From Myxococcota bacterium (GTDB taxonomy: Bacteria > Myxococcota_A > UBA796 > SXON01): a stretch of 64,000 nt of DNA. The DNA lies in assembly GCA_040386535.1 (NCBI GenBank), contig JAZKFH010000027.1:243685-307684 (forward strand), read 5' to 3'. Below, piece by piece: positions 23,700-33,237 of the stretch; within the stretch, counting starts at the first letter, position 1; each line of letters begins with the position of its first letter. The notes below the pieces were generated by a model, which worked only from the letters and a program-made list of their open reading frames with translations, searched no databases and was not told the origin of the DNA. Made by a program: the position numbers and the translations under genes.

Positions 23700-24260
23700 G
23701 TGTCGCGCCTCATACGCCTGAACCTGCCGGCTGCCGTTCCTGACCCCGAGCCTGCCACCCGACGCGCCGCGGTCGCCGTGGTGGTGGGCCCCGACGAGGA
23801 GCTCCTGTTCATCCGCCGCGCCGAGCGGGTGGGCGATCCGTGGAGCGGCGACATGGCGTTTCCCGGCGGGCGCGAGGAGCCGGCCGATCTCCACCCCCGG
23901 GCGACCGCGGAGCGCGAGACGTTCGAGGAGGTTGGCCTCGATCTGGGCGGCGCCACGTTCCTCGGCGCGCTCGCGCCCATGGTGTCGCCGCTCCGCCTGC
24001 CGACCAAGGGGTTCGTCATCCACCCCTACCTCTACCAGCTGGCTGCGTGGCCGCCGTTCGTCGTGAGCGAAGAGGTAGCGGCCATCCATCACCTCGCGCT
24101 TCCCCGCCTGCTGTCGGGGGAGGGGCGCGAGTCGTTCGTGTTCCGCGGGTACGGGATCGAGCGCGAGCTGCCCTGCTTGAGGCTGGACGGCACCTTCGTC
24201 TGGGGCCTCACGCTCCGGGTGGTGGACGATCTGCTGGAGCGGTTACGCGCCGCGCCATAG
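23700..24260 (+). CDS. Nudix hydrolase, CoA pyrophosphatase type
   Basis: AAV...RRAER..DPWSGDMAFPGG..E...TAERETFEEVGL; VWGLT. Confidence 0.88.
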   Translation: MSRLIRLNLPAAVPDPEPATRRAAVAVVVGPDEELLFIRRAERVGDPWSGDMAFPGGREEPADLHPRATAERETFEEVGLDLGGATFLGALAPMVSPLRLPTKGFVIHPYLYQLAAWPPFVVSEEVAAIHHLALPRLLSGEGRESFVFRGYGIERELPCLRLDGTFVWGLTLRVVDDLLERLRAAP

Positions 24261-24431
24261 GAGCGGTCGGGAGAAATGCTCCCGTCGTCCGCTCGCGTCT
24301 GCTGGCCGCGGCCGCGCGTCTTCCTCGGTCACAGGTCTCGACCTGCTCCCTCGTCAGCCACACGGCCGCGCCTCAGCAGCCACTTCGCGGACTCGGTCCG
24401 CATTTTCCCGAACGCTCCCGAGGGACCGACC

Positions 24432-24953
24432 TTGCTCTGGCTGATGGCTCCGTTCATCCACACCTCGCCGCTCCCGCCGCCGGGCGCGAAGTGGGAGGTG
24501 GCCTTCCTCCGCAAGGAGGACATGACGCCCGAGGGCGTGTGGTGCGCGTGGGAGGCCGAGTCGCTGCTCTACGACGGCAAGCCGTTGTGGGCCGCGGAGC
24601 CCCCCGAGGGCGAGCAGTGGTGCAAGACCCCGTTCGAAGCGTCGCGGATGGTCGACGTGCTCGGGGAGAACGGGCCGTTCCTGTCCGTCCGCCTGACCGA
24701 GTGGGGGTGCTGCCCCGATCACGAGTCCGTCGTCCCCGCCCTTACGTACGATCTGCGCACGGGCCAGCCCGCCACGCTCGAGGCGTACGACGTCCGCCGG
24801 TACGAGTGGCGGAGCAAGCGGCTGCGGCAGATCCTCGACAAGAAGCACGGCGGGGGCTGGGCGGTCGACCCCTTCGCGTTCGCCGTGGACGGCCGGCATG
24901 TGCGGGTGTGGGCGTCCCGCGGGGCCGAGGTGATCGAGATCCCGTTGCGCTGA
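24432..24953 (+). CDS. Hypothetical protein
   Basis: Open frame filling the gap with protein-like composition; start uncertain (24276, TTG 24432 or ATG 24444). Confidence 0.55.
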   Translation: MLWLMAPFIHTSPLPPPGAKWEVAFLRKEDMTPEGVWCAWEAESLLYDGKPLWAAEPPEGEQWCKTPFEASRMVDVLGENGPFLSVRLTEWGCCPDHESVVPALTYDLRTGQPATLEAYDVRRYEWRSKRLRQILDKKHGGGWAVDPFAFAVDGRHVRVWASRGAEVIEIPLR

Positions 24954-24990
24954 CCCGCGCCCTCTGACCCGTGCCCTCTGACCCATGCCC
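24951..24990. repeat. 14-bp tandem direct repeat x3 upstream of mlaD
   Basis: TGACCCGCGCCCTC / TGACCCGTGCCCTC / TGACCCATGCCC. Confidence 0.9.
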
Positions 24991-25013
24991 GGGACGTGGG
25001 CTATGTTGCCGCG

Positions 25014-26126
25014 GTGGAACGCAACCTCTCCCAGGAAATCAAGGTCGGGCTGTTCGTCCTTGTCTTCCTCGCCCTGATCGCCGCGGCGTCCTTCATCCTC
25101 GGTGGGGGTGAGGACATCTTCGCCAAGAACTACCTCCTTCATACGAGCTACCAGGACGTGAAGGGCATGAAGGTCGGGGCGGTCGTGCGCCTGGCCGGCA
25201 TGGACGTGGGGGAGGTGTCCCGCGTGGAGTTCTCGACCGACGAGAAGGTCAAGGAGATCGAGGTCGATCTCCGGATCCGCGAGACCTACCAGATGCGCAT
25301 CCGCGGCGACTCCGTGGCGACCATCCAGCAGATCGGCGTGCTCGGGGACATGTACGTGAGCCTCACGGTGGGCTCGGTCGACGAGGAGATGTTGGCGAAC
25401 GACGCGCACATCCAGGGCGTCGCCGCGCTGGACATGCTCTCCTACGCCGACAAGGCCACGGAGATCGTCACGAACGCGTCCAGCATCTCCAAGAAGGTCG
25501 ACCTGATGCTCGGCAGCGAGGACTCGGCCAGCCGCGCCGAGATCGCCCGGAGCATCGAGAACATCGGCCTGCTCCTCGCGGACGCGAAAGAGGGCAAGGG
25601 CATCGTCCACACGCTGGTGTACGACAAGGCCGCGGCGGCCAAGGTCAACGCGATCCTCTCCAACGTCGAGGGCATCACGGGTGACGTGAAGGGCATCACC
25701 CACCAGCTCAAGACGGGGGACGGCCTCGCCACCTCGCTGATCTACGGCAAGGACGGCAGCGCGCTCACGACGCGCATCTCCGACGCCGTGGCCGCAGTGG
25801 AGGGGCTGTTGACGGACGTGCGCACCAAGGACTCGATGGCGCACTCGCTCCTCTACGATCCCGATGGCGCCAAGATCGTCAAGGAGCTCGAGGGCGCGGC
25901 GGTGTCGCTCCGCGGCATCACGGACGCCGTGAACGGCGGCGAGGGCACGATGGGCCTGCTCGTGCGGGATCCGCAGCTCTACGAGGACCTGCGCGTGCTG
26001 CTCGGGGGCGCCCAGCGCAACGCGCTCCTGCGCGCCTACATCCGCGCCACGGTGGAGAAGGGCCGCGACGAGAACGGGTCTGGCTGGAAGGCGCCGTCCG
26101 ACGATCCCAGTCGTGGTGGTCGGTAG
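25014..26126 (+). CDS. mlaD: MlaD/MCE-family protein with long helical C-terminal region
   Basis: EIKVGLFV TM anchor, GMKVGAVVRLAGMDVGEV, GVLGDMYVSL MCE motifs; start GTG 25014 is 6 nt after TATGTT. Confidence 0.9.
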   Translation: MERNLSQEIKVGLFVLVFLALIAAASFILGGGEDIFAKNYLLHTSYQDVKGMKVGAVVRLAGMDVGEVSRVEFSTDEKVKEIEVDLRIRETYQMRIRGDSVATIQQIGVLGDMYVSLTVGSVDEEMLANDAHIQGVAALDMLSYADKATEIVTNASSISKKVDLMLGSEDSASRAEIARSIENIGLLLADAKEGKGIVHTLVYDKAAAAKVNAILSNVEGITGDVKGITHQLKTGDGLATSLIYGKDGSALTTRISDAVAAVEGLLTDVRTKDSMAHSLLYDPDGAKIVKELEGAAVSLRGITDAVNGGEGTMGLLVRDPQLYEDLRVLLGGAQRNALLRAYIRATVEKGRDENGSGWKAPSDDPSRGGR

Positions 26127-27827
26127 TTGCCCACCCGCGCCATCCCCGGCCCCCTCTCGACCCGGGCACTCTCGACCCTGGTGACCCTGCTGTCGCCGCG
26201 GCTCACGGGGCTCCGCAACACCCTCGTCCGCACCGAGCGTCGCGGGCTCTACGCTTTGCTCGCGTTGATCGGCATCGGCTTCTGGGCCGGGTTGTTCGCG
26301 CTGATGTACTTCCTCGTCGGCCAGTTCTGGGTCGTGGAGGGCTTCGGGCCGTTCCTGGCCCGCAAGCTGCTGGAGATGCTGCTCGCCAGCCTGTTCGTGA
26401 TGCTGACGTTCTCCAACGTCATCACCGCGCTCTCGACGTATTTCCTGTCGGACGACCTGGAGCTGGTGCTCGGCCTCCCCGTGAGCCGCACCACCTTCCA
26501 CTACGGCCGCTTCATCGACACGCTCGCCCAGTCCAGCTGGATGATGGCCATCTTCGGGCTGCCGGTCTTCCTGGCCTACGGGCTCCGGATGGAGGCGGGG
26601 GTCAGCTACTACCTGTCGCTGATCGTCGCGATCCCGGCGCTGCTCGTCATCGCGACCAACGTGGGCATCGTCGCCGCCACGGTGCTGGTGAACGTGTTCT
26701 CCGCCAAACGTACCCGCGAGCTGATGGTGATCCTCGGCCTGATGCTGGTCGCGGCACTGTTCATCGCGATGCGGTCGCTCCGCCCCGAGCGGCTGGTGAA
26801 CGCCCAGGAGTTCGAGTCGCTCGCGGCCTACCTCGCCGAGCTCCAGCTCCCCGCGCCGACCCTGTTCCCGCCGCGCTGGGCGAGCGAGGTCCTGGCGGCC
26901 ACGCTGCTCTACACGCCCTTCCCGTGGATGGAGGCGGGCCTGCTCGTCACCGGCGCCCTCGCGAGCGCGGCCGTCTCGCGCTGGACCGTGGCCTGGGGCT
27001 TCGACACCGGCTGGTCCCGCGCCCAGGAGGCCCGCGCCGCGCGGTTCTACCGCTCCCCCGGCTTCGACTGGATCGTCCGCCCGCTCCCCCCCGCGTGGCG
27101 GGCCATGGCCGGCAAGGAGTTCCGCATCTTCGCGCGGGACCCGTCCCAGTGGTCCCAGGTGTTCCTGCTCATGGGCGTGTGCGGCATCTACCTGGTGAGC
27201 GTGCAGTCCCTGCCGATCAACTCCTTCCAGGGCGCGGTGCTCAAGGCGATGAAGCAGGCGGTGGCCTTCTTGAACCTCGGAATGGGCGGCTTCGTGATGG
27301 CCGCGATCGCCGCGCGTTTCCAGTTCACCGCGGTCAGCCGCGAGGGGCGCGCGTGGTGGGTGTTGCGCGGCGCGCCCATCGACCCGGCGACCATGTTGCG
27401 GGCCAAGGCGGTGCTGGGGCTCATCCCGATGACCGTGGTGGGCCTCGTGGTGGTCGTCGGGAGCGGGATGTTGCTCGACGCCCCCCTCGGCCTGCTCGCG
27501 CTCGAGACCGTCACCACCGTGCTCCTCGCCTACGGCATCTCGGGGCTCGCGCTCGCGATGGGCGCGGTGTGGCCCGACTTCCGCGCCGACACGGCCGCGC
27601 GCGCGGCATCCAGCCCCGCGGCCGTGTTCTTCATGGTCGTGGCGCTGGTGATGGTGTTCCTGGTGCTTACGCTCGAGGCGGTGGGCGTGTGGTTGTACCT
27701 GCGGCAAGGCGGAGAGAGCTGGGCCCTGGCGCCTATCCCGGTGCTGATGGCGTTCGTGTTGTGCCTCTTCGCGGGGCGGTGGCCGGTGGGACGAGCGGCG
27801 GAGATCCTGTGGGCGCGTGGGTTGTAG
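26127..27827 (+). CDS. Putative ABC-2-type transporter permease (multi-TM)
   Basis: About 12 hydrophobic segments; 'YFLSDDLELVLGLPV', 'KEFRIFARD', 'VSREGRAWW..RGAPI' typical of putative ABC exporter permeases. Confidence 0.82.
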   Translation: MPTRAIPGPLSTRALSTLVTLLSPRLTGLRNTLVRTERRGLYALLALIGIGFWAGLFALMYFLVGQFWVVEGFGPFLARKLLEMLLASLFVMLTFSNVITALSTYFLSDDLELVLGLPVSRTTFHYGRFIDTLAQSSWMMAIFGLPVFLAYGLRMEAGVSYYLSLIVAIPALLVIATNVGIVAATVLVNVFSAKRTRELMVILGLMLVAALFIAMRSLRPERLVNAQEFESLAAYLAELQLPAPTLFPPRWASEVLAATLLYTPFPWMEAGLLVTGALASAAVSRWTVAWGFDTGWSRAQEARAARFYRSPGFDWIVRPLPPAWRAMAGKEFRIFARDPSQWSQVFLLMGVCGIYLVSVQSLPINSFQGAVLKAMKQAVAFLNLGMGGFVMAAIAARFQFTAVSREGRAWWVLRGAPIDPATMLRAKAVLGLIPMTVVGLVVVVGSGMLLDAPLGLLALETVTTVLLAYGISGLALAMGAVWPDFRADTAARAASSPAAVFFMVVALVMVFLVLTLEAVGVWLYLRQGGESWALAPIPVLMAFVLCLFAGRWPVGRAAEILWARGL

Positions 27828-29629
27828 TCGCGCTGCTCGGCTGCGGCGGTGTGCTCTCGCGCATCGCCCCGCCACCGGTCCCGGTCCCGCACGCGGCGCC
27901 TGCGGGCGTGCCGTCGCGGGCGCGCTATCACTACCTGGTCGGTCGGCTGGCGCTGGAAGAGGCTGATTACGCGGCCGCGGAGGCCGCCTTCCAGACCGCC
28001 CTGCTCCACGACCCCGCCTCGCCGTGGATCTGGCTCGCGCTGGCCGAGGTCGCCGAGGGCGCCGGGGAGGAAGCGGAGGAGCGCCGCCGTGTCCAGGAGG
28101 CCGTGCGGCTCGGGCCCACCACGCCGGAGACCTGGGTCCGGCTCGGGGTCGTGTCCCAACGCGCGGGCGATCTGCGGGGCGCGGTGGAGGCCTACGGCGA
28201 GGCGGTCGACCATGGCGCCGGGTCCGAGGCCTACGGCCCCCTGAGCCGCCTCCTCGTCGCCCGGAAGGATCCCCTCGCCGCGAGCACGGTGCGTGCGTGG
28301 TCCCTGCTGCCGCTCACAGAGCTCGAACCCCTCCGCGAGCGGGGCCGCCTGCGCCTGCTCGTCGGCGATCTCGCCGGCGCCGTGGCCGACCTGGGCGAGG
28401 CCCTCGTGCGGTCCCCGGCCGACGCCCGCCTGCTCGACGAGTACCTGACCGCCGTGACCGGGAGCGGCCTGTACCGCCAGGGCCTCGCGCGCCTGACCGT
28501 GCTGCACCGCGTGGTCCCGCGCGACACCGACGTGCTGCTGCGCACCTACCACCTCGCGGTCACCGCGCGGGACCAGGTGCGCGCCGTCGAGTCCCTCGAG
28601 GCGCTCGACGTGCTGCTGGGCGGGCGCGAGGCGCAGGTGAAGGTGTGGCTGGCGGACGGCTACAGCGCGCTCCAGCGTCACGACGACGCGCGCGAGGCCG
28701 TCGACGCGGGCGCGCGTTGCCAGCCGCCGCTCGCGGACGCGCCGTACCACCGGGCCCGCATCCTGCGCGCCGGCGGCTGGAGCGCCGAAGCCCTCCAGGG
28801 CCTCGTGGTGCCGCGCACGGGGGCGAATCGCCCCGACGCGATCGCGCTCCGCGGGCGATTGCTGCTCGACCTGGGCCGGCCGGCCGAGGCCCGCGCGGTG
28901 CTCGACGAGGGGCTGGCCGCGCTCCCCGAGGACTACGTGCTGCTCGGCGCCCTCGTGGCGGTGGGCGCGGCCGAGGGCAATCGCGAGGCGATGCTCGCCG
29001 CGGTCGACCGCATGGCCATGCTCGACCCTGAGGCCCGCGCCCGCACGCGCGCCCGCTCGCTCGCGGGGCTCGGCGACATCGAGGGCGCCGTGGCCGCGAT
29101 CCGCGCCGCCGGGCTCGCGCAGCCGGAGAGCTGGATCGTAGGCGGCGCCCTGCTCCGGGAGGCCGGCCGCGCCGAGGAGGCCGTGGACTGGCTGGTACGC
29201 GGAGTCGACCACTTCCCGCGCCACGCGCCGCTGCGGGCCGAGCTCGGCCTCGCCCAGGCCGCGGCGCAACAGGCGGAGGCCGCGCTGGTGGCGATGCGGG
29301 AGGCCATCCGCCTCGACCCCGCCGACGCCCGCGCGGTGCGCTGGTACGCGCGCACCGTCCCGTTGGACGGCTCCGCCGACCGCCTGCGCCAGGTGCGCGG
29401 CTGGATCCTGGCCTCGCTCGAGCGCCAGCCCGCCGACGCCGAGCTGCTCGCGGCGCTCGGGCGCGTCGAGTACGCGCTGAAGCAGCCGCTCCGCGCGGTG
29501 GAGGCCTTCGAGGAGGCCTGCCGCTACGCCCCGGCCGACAACGCCCTGCTCGCCTCGCTCGCCGAGGCCTACCGCGCCGTGGGGCGCGATGCCCAGGCGC
29601 ACGCCATCGAGGAGCGCCTCCACCCATGA
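27809..29629 (+). CDS. Tetratricopeptide-repeat lipoprotein
   Basis: VVVALLGC lipobox after GTG 27809; repeated A...A...A...dP TPR-like helices. Confidence 0.82.
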   Translation: MGAWVVVALLGCGGVLSRIAPPPVPVPHAAPAGVPSRARYHYLVGRLALEEADYAAAEAAFQTALLHDPASPWIWLALAEVAEGAGEEAEERRRVQEAVRLGPTTPETWVRLGVVSQRAGDLRGAVEAYGEAVDHGAGSEAYGPLSRLLVARKDPLAASTVRAWSLLPLTELEPLRERGRLRLLVGDLAGAVADLGEALVRSPADARLLDEYLTAVTGSGLYRQGLARLTVLHRVVPRDTDVLLRTYHLAVTARDQVRAVESLEALDVLLGGREAQVKVWLADGYSALQRHDDAREAVDAGARCQPPLADAPYHRARILRAGGWSAEALQGLVVPRTGANRPDAIALRGRLLLDLGRPAEARAVLDEGLAALPEDYVLLGALVAVGAAEGNREAMLAAVDRMAMLDPEARARTRARSLAGLGDIEGAVAAIRAAGLAQPESWIVGGALLREAGRAEEAVDWLVRGVDHFPRHAPLRAELGLAQAAAQQAEAALVAMREAIRLDPADARAVRWYARTVPLDGSADRLRQVRGWILASLERQPADAELLAALGRVEYALKQPLRAVEAFEEACRYAPADNALLASLAEAYRAVGRDAQAHAIEERLHP

Positions 29630-30456
29630 ATCTCCCGTCGTCCGGGGTCCCGAGTCCCAAGCGCGCGTGGGCCGCCCTCTCGCTCCTGGCCGTGTTGACG
29701 GGCTGCCCGAAGCCGCCCACACCCGAGGGCCCGCTGGTGGCGGTCGATCCCGAGGCGCTGCTCGCGCGCGCTGTCGCCGAGGCCCCCCCCGGCCCCTCCG
29801 CGACCACGTTCGACTTGCGCCTGGACCTCGCGGACTCGCGCGTGAACGCCCAGGGCGCGCTGCTGGTCTCGCCGCCCGACCGCTTCCGCATCGAGGTGCG
29901 CGGCCCCATCGGCCCGCCCCAGGTGGTCGTCGTGAGCGACGGCACGGGGCTCCGCACCTGGCTCGCCGCCAAGAACGAGCTCTACACGGCGGACGACGCG
30001 GACGCGACCATCGCGGCCTACACCGGCGGCGAGGCCGGCCTCGAAGCGCTCGCGTCCCTCCTCCTCGGGCGCCTGCCGGCGCTCGGCGTGCCCGACCGCT
30101 TCCGCGTGGAGGGCGTGCCGGCGTACCGCTGGGTGGGCCCCGGCGAGAGCCACGTGGACGCCTCCCTGGATCCCCGCACGGCCCATCTCGTGGCGCTGGC
30201 GCTGGCGGACGAGCTAGGCGCCGCGCTGCTGGACGCGCGGGTCGAGGGGAACGAGTGGCCCGAGCGCCTCGTCGCCGTGCTCCCGCAGCAGCGCGTCACC
30301 GCCACGCTCGAGTTCGAGGAGTGGAAGCCCGCGTCGCCGTCGGATGCGGCCTTCCTGCTCGCCGCCCCGCCGGGCGCGACGGTCAGGCCGCTGCTGTTCA
30401 CGGGGCCGGGCGGCCCCGCGGCGTCTGGCGGCGCGCCCCCGGAGACGACGCCGTAG
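29626..30456 (+). CDS. Lipoprotein, LolA/LolB/DUF4292-like fold (tentative)
   Basis: VLTGC lipobox; 'PDRFRIEVRGPIG..VVVSDG..LRTW' resembles LolA-superfamily beta sheet; coupled to the TPR gene (ATGA). Confidence 0.65.
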   Translation: MNLPSSGVPSPKRAWAALSLLAVLTGCPKPPTPEGPLVAVDPEALLARAVAEAPPGPSATTFDLRLDLADSRVNAQGALLVSPPDRFRIEVRGPIGPPQVVVVSDGTGLRTWLAAKNELYTADDADATIAAYTGGEAGLEALASLLLGRLPALGVPDRFRVEGVPAYRWVGPGESHVDASLDPRTAHLVALALADELGAALLDARVEGNEWPERLVAVLPQQRVTATLEFEEWKPASPSDAAFLLAAPPGATVRPLLFTGPGGPAASGGAPPETTP

Positions 30457-30513
30457 GGTGCCCGTTCCCCCCGGTGCCATGCAGGCCCCCTCACGGGCGG
30501 ATAGCCTGCCTCC

Positions 30514-31170
30514 GTGCTGCTCCTCACCCTGCTCGGCTGTGATCCCGACGCCGCCTCCGGCCCGTTCGCCCTCGCGTTCGACGGCGGTGAGGACTGCGTC
30601 GAGGCCGAGCTCGGCCCGCTCACGCCGCCCGCCGCCTTCACCGTCGAGGCGTGGATCCGCGGCGAGCCGGTGCCGGCCGATCGCGCCCGCCCCGTGGTCG
30701 CGTGGAAGGGCGTCTTCACCCTGGGCGAGGCCTTCGGCGGGGACACCGTGTTCACCGTCGGCGACGCCGAGGCGGGCGCCACCTCGGCGGTCTCCGTGAT
30801 GGACGGCGTGCTCCACCACGTTGCGGGCACGTGGGACGGCGAGAAGGCCAACCTCTACGTCGACGGCGTGCGGCAGGCGTTCGTCTCCACCGCGGCGCCC
30901 GTGGCGCCCACGGCCACGCTGCGGATCGGCTGCGACAGCGACGTCAACACGTTCGAGGGCGTGATCGACGAGGTTCGCGTGTCCTCCAGCGTGCGCTACA
31001 CCGAGGATGGTTCGCCTCCGTCCGGCCCGTTCGAGGAGGACGCGGAGACCTTCGCGCTCTTCCACCTGGACGAGGGGGAGGGGACCGAGACGGTTGACGC
31101 CGCCCAGGACCTCGTCGGCGCGGTGTACGGCCCCGAGTGGGTCCCCTTCAAGCTCACGGTGAACGAGTGA
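30514..31170 (+). CDS. LamG/concanavalin-like domain lipoprotein
   Basis: MLLLTLLGC; FTVEAWIR, HHVAGTWDG..LYVDG, FEGVIDEVRVS motifs. Confidence 0.88.
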   Translation: MLLLTLLGCDPDAASGPFALAFDGGEDCVEAELGPLTPPAAFTVEAWIRGEPVPADRARPVVAWKGVFTLGEAFGGDTVFTVGDAEAGATSAVSVMDGVLHHVAGTWDGEKANLYVDGVRQAFVSTAAPVAPTATLRIGCDSDVNTFEGVIDEVRVSSSVRYTEDGSPPSGPFEEDAETFALFHLDEGEGTETVDAAQDLVGAVYGPEWVPFKLTVNE

Positions 31171-31673
31171 TCTCCCTGCTTCTCGCCTTCGCGTGCGCGA
31201 CCGATCCGGTCTCGCCCGGCGCCGCCCCGACTGCGGCGCCTACGGACCCCGCCACCGCCGGCGCCTCCGGGCCGAAGGCCCCCACAGTGCCGACGCTCCT
31301 CGGTGACGTGCCGGGCGTCGCGTTCGTCGGAGACTGGACCAGCCCGGGCTGTGCCGGGCGCACGTTCGCGCGCAACCTCCGCTTCGAGAGCGACAACAGC
31401 TACGCGGGGGTCGATCTCGTCTCGCCCTGCCCGCCCGACACCGAGTGCGTGTGGTCCGGCGTCGTCGGCTACGCGGGCATCTGGAAGCAGGAGGGCAACA
31501 AGCTCCAGCTGCGCGAGATCGGCGCGCCCACCGCGCCCGGATCACCCCATCCCACCGAGGTCATCTCCACGTTCGACGGCACGCTGGTCGAGAACGGGTG
31601 CACCTACACGAAGGGGCTCGCGGTCCCCCCGGGGATGACCGAGGAGCAGGTTCGGCCGCGCATTCCTCGGTGA
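31167..31673 (+). CDS. Hypothetical lipoprotein
   Basis: GTGA overlap with upstream stop; MISLLLAFAC lipobox, Pro/Ala linker, paired Cys. Confidence 0.75.
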   Translation: MISLLLAFACATDPVSPGAAPTAAPTDPATAGASGPKAPTVPTLLGDVPGVAFVGDWTSPGCAGRTFARNLRFESDNSYAGVDLVSPCPPDTECVWSGVVGYAGIWKQEGNKLQLREIGAPTAPGSPHPTEVISTFDGTLVENGCTYTKGLAVPPGMTEEQVRPRIPR

Positions 31674-31704
31674 CGCGCAGTGTTGGAGCGGGCGGCGTTG
31701 ACGT

Positions 31705-32496
31705 TCAGGCCCCTGCCAACACGCCCGCGCGCCGACGGAACTCGGCCAGCACGCTGGCGCCCACCGGCCCCGCGCCGGGCCCCGGATAGCCGTCGATCTC
31801 CACGACGGGCGCGAGCTCCTTGAGGGTCGAGCAGAGGTAGAGCTCCTCGCACGGGCCGGCCGGGAGCGGGTCTTCGCACACCGGCACGCGGATCGCGCGC
31901 GCGGCCGCCAACATCGCGTCGCGGGTGACGCCCTGCAGGATCCGCCCGTCGTCGGGTGGGGTGCAGAACACGCCGCCGCGCACGACGAACACGTTGCTCC
32001 GGTTCGCCTCGGTCCACATCCCGTCCGGCGCGACCCAGATCACCTCGTCCACGCCGGCCTGCCGCGCCGCGAGCACCCACGCCATGCGGCTGGTGTGCTT
32101 GACCCGGCCGTGCAGCCAGGGGGAGGGCGCCCAGGGGCGCGTCGCGACGCGGACGGGGGCGCCGGCGCGCGACAGGTCGAGGTCCTCCGCCTTCACGATG
32201 CGGCGGCCGCCGCCGGTCAGGAGCACGTTCAGCTTGCTCTCGCCGGGGATCGCCGCCGCGACCGTCGTGAGCTCGTCGCGGATGGCCGCCGCGATGCGCT
32301 CGTTCCACGCGATGCCGCAGAACTGTGCGCTCGCGCCGAGGCGGGCGAGGTGGGTGTCCACGCCGAAGGGGCGCCGCGCGTAGGTGCGGAGCGTCTCGAA
32401 CACCGCCATCCCGAGGGTCAGCGCGGTGTCGTCGAGCGAGAGGGCGCCGCGGCCGTCGGGGCAGGGCACCCCGTCGAGGAGGAAACTCTGGGGCAT
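31705..32496 (-). CDS. Class IV PLP-dependent aminotransferase / aminodeoxychorismate lyase family
   Basis: VFETLR..HLARL, VKHTSR catalytic Lys, EANRSNVF, ILQGVTR. Confidence 0.88.
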   Translation of the reverse strand: MPQSFLLDGVPCPDGRGALSLDDTALTLGMAVFETLRTYARRPFGVDTHLARLGASAQFCGIAWNERIAAAIRDELTTVAAAIPGESKLNVLLTGGGRRIVKAEDLDLSRAGAPVRVATRPWAPSPWLHGRVKHTSRMAWVLAARQAGVDEVIWVAPDGMWTEANRSNVFVVRGGVFCTPPDDGRILQGVTRDAMLAAARAIRVPVCEDPLPAGPCEELYLCSTLKELAPVVEIDGYPGPGAGPVGASVLAEFRRRAGVLAGA

Positions 32497-32563
32497 GGCG
32501 CCCTTCTATCCGTCGCGCTGTCGGGCAGAGCGGACGCCGGAAGCGGGCCGCCACGTGGATTTC

Positions 32564-32606
32564 GCACGACCGTTCTATTTCCTGTCGCCGAAACGAACGG
32601 TCGTGC
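32564..32606. promoter_or_regulatory. Paired TetR-type operator sites overlapping the tetR promoter
   Basis: Perfect 12-bp inverted repeat GCACGACCGTTC (32564-32575) / GAACGGTCGTGC (32595-32606), immediately before TATTGT-N6-ATG of tetR. Confidence 0.75.
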
Positions 32607-32618
32607 TATTGTTGGAGC

Positions 32619-33212
32619 ATGGGAAAGGGCGACATCACCCGCCACGCCATCCTGGCGCACGCGACCACGCTGGCGACCACCGTCGGGCTCGACGGCCTGT
32701 CGATCGGTCAGCTCGCCACGGATCTGCGCCTCTCGAAGAGCGGGCTGTTCTCGCACTTCCAGTCCAAGGAGGCGCTCCAACTCGCGGTCGTGGAGACCGC
32801 GTCCGACCGCTTCACCGAGCTGGTCGTGCGGCCGGGCCTCAAGGCGCCTCGCGGCGAGCCGCGGGTGCGCGCGCTCATGGAGCGGTGGTTCGCGTGGGGC
32901 GTCGCCGGCAACACCGCGGGCGGCTGCTTCTTCGTGGCCGCGTCCACCGAGCTGGATGACCGCCACGGCGTCGTGCGGGACGCGGTGGTGCAGCGCCAGC
33001 GCGACTGGATCGAGCTGCTCGCGAACGCCATCCGCGCCGCCGTCGTCGAGGGGCACCTGCGCGCCGACACCGATCCTGAGCAGCTCGCGTTCGAGCTCTG
33101 GGGCGTCGCGCTCTCCTACCATCACTACGCGCGCTTGCTCAGCGTGCCGGACGCCGCCACGCGCGCGCACGCCGCGGTCGACCGTCTCATCGTGGGCGCG
33201 CGCGTCGCCTGA
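32619..33212 (+). CDS. TetR/AcrR-family transcriptional regulator
   Basis: TRHAIL..A..GLDGLSIGQLA...SKSGLFSHFQSKEAL HTH; GGCFF C-domain. Confidence 0.95.
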   Translation: MGKGDITRHAILAHATTLATTVGLDGLSIGQLATDLRLSKSGLFSHFQSKEALQLAVVETASDRFTELVVRPGLKAPRGEPRVRALMERWFAWGVAGNTAGGCFFVAASTELDDRHGVVRDAVVQRQRDWIELLANAIRAAVVEGHLRADTDPEQLAFELWGVALSYHHYARLLSVPDAATRAHAAVDRLIVGARVA

Positions 33213-33237
33213 TCGTTCCTTCTCTCGAGGAGGCCCC

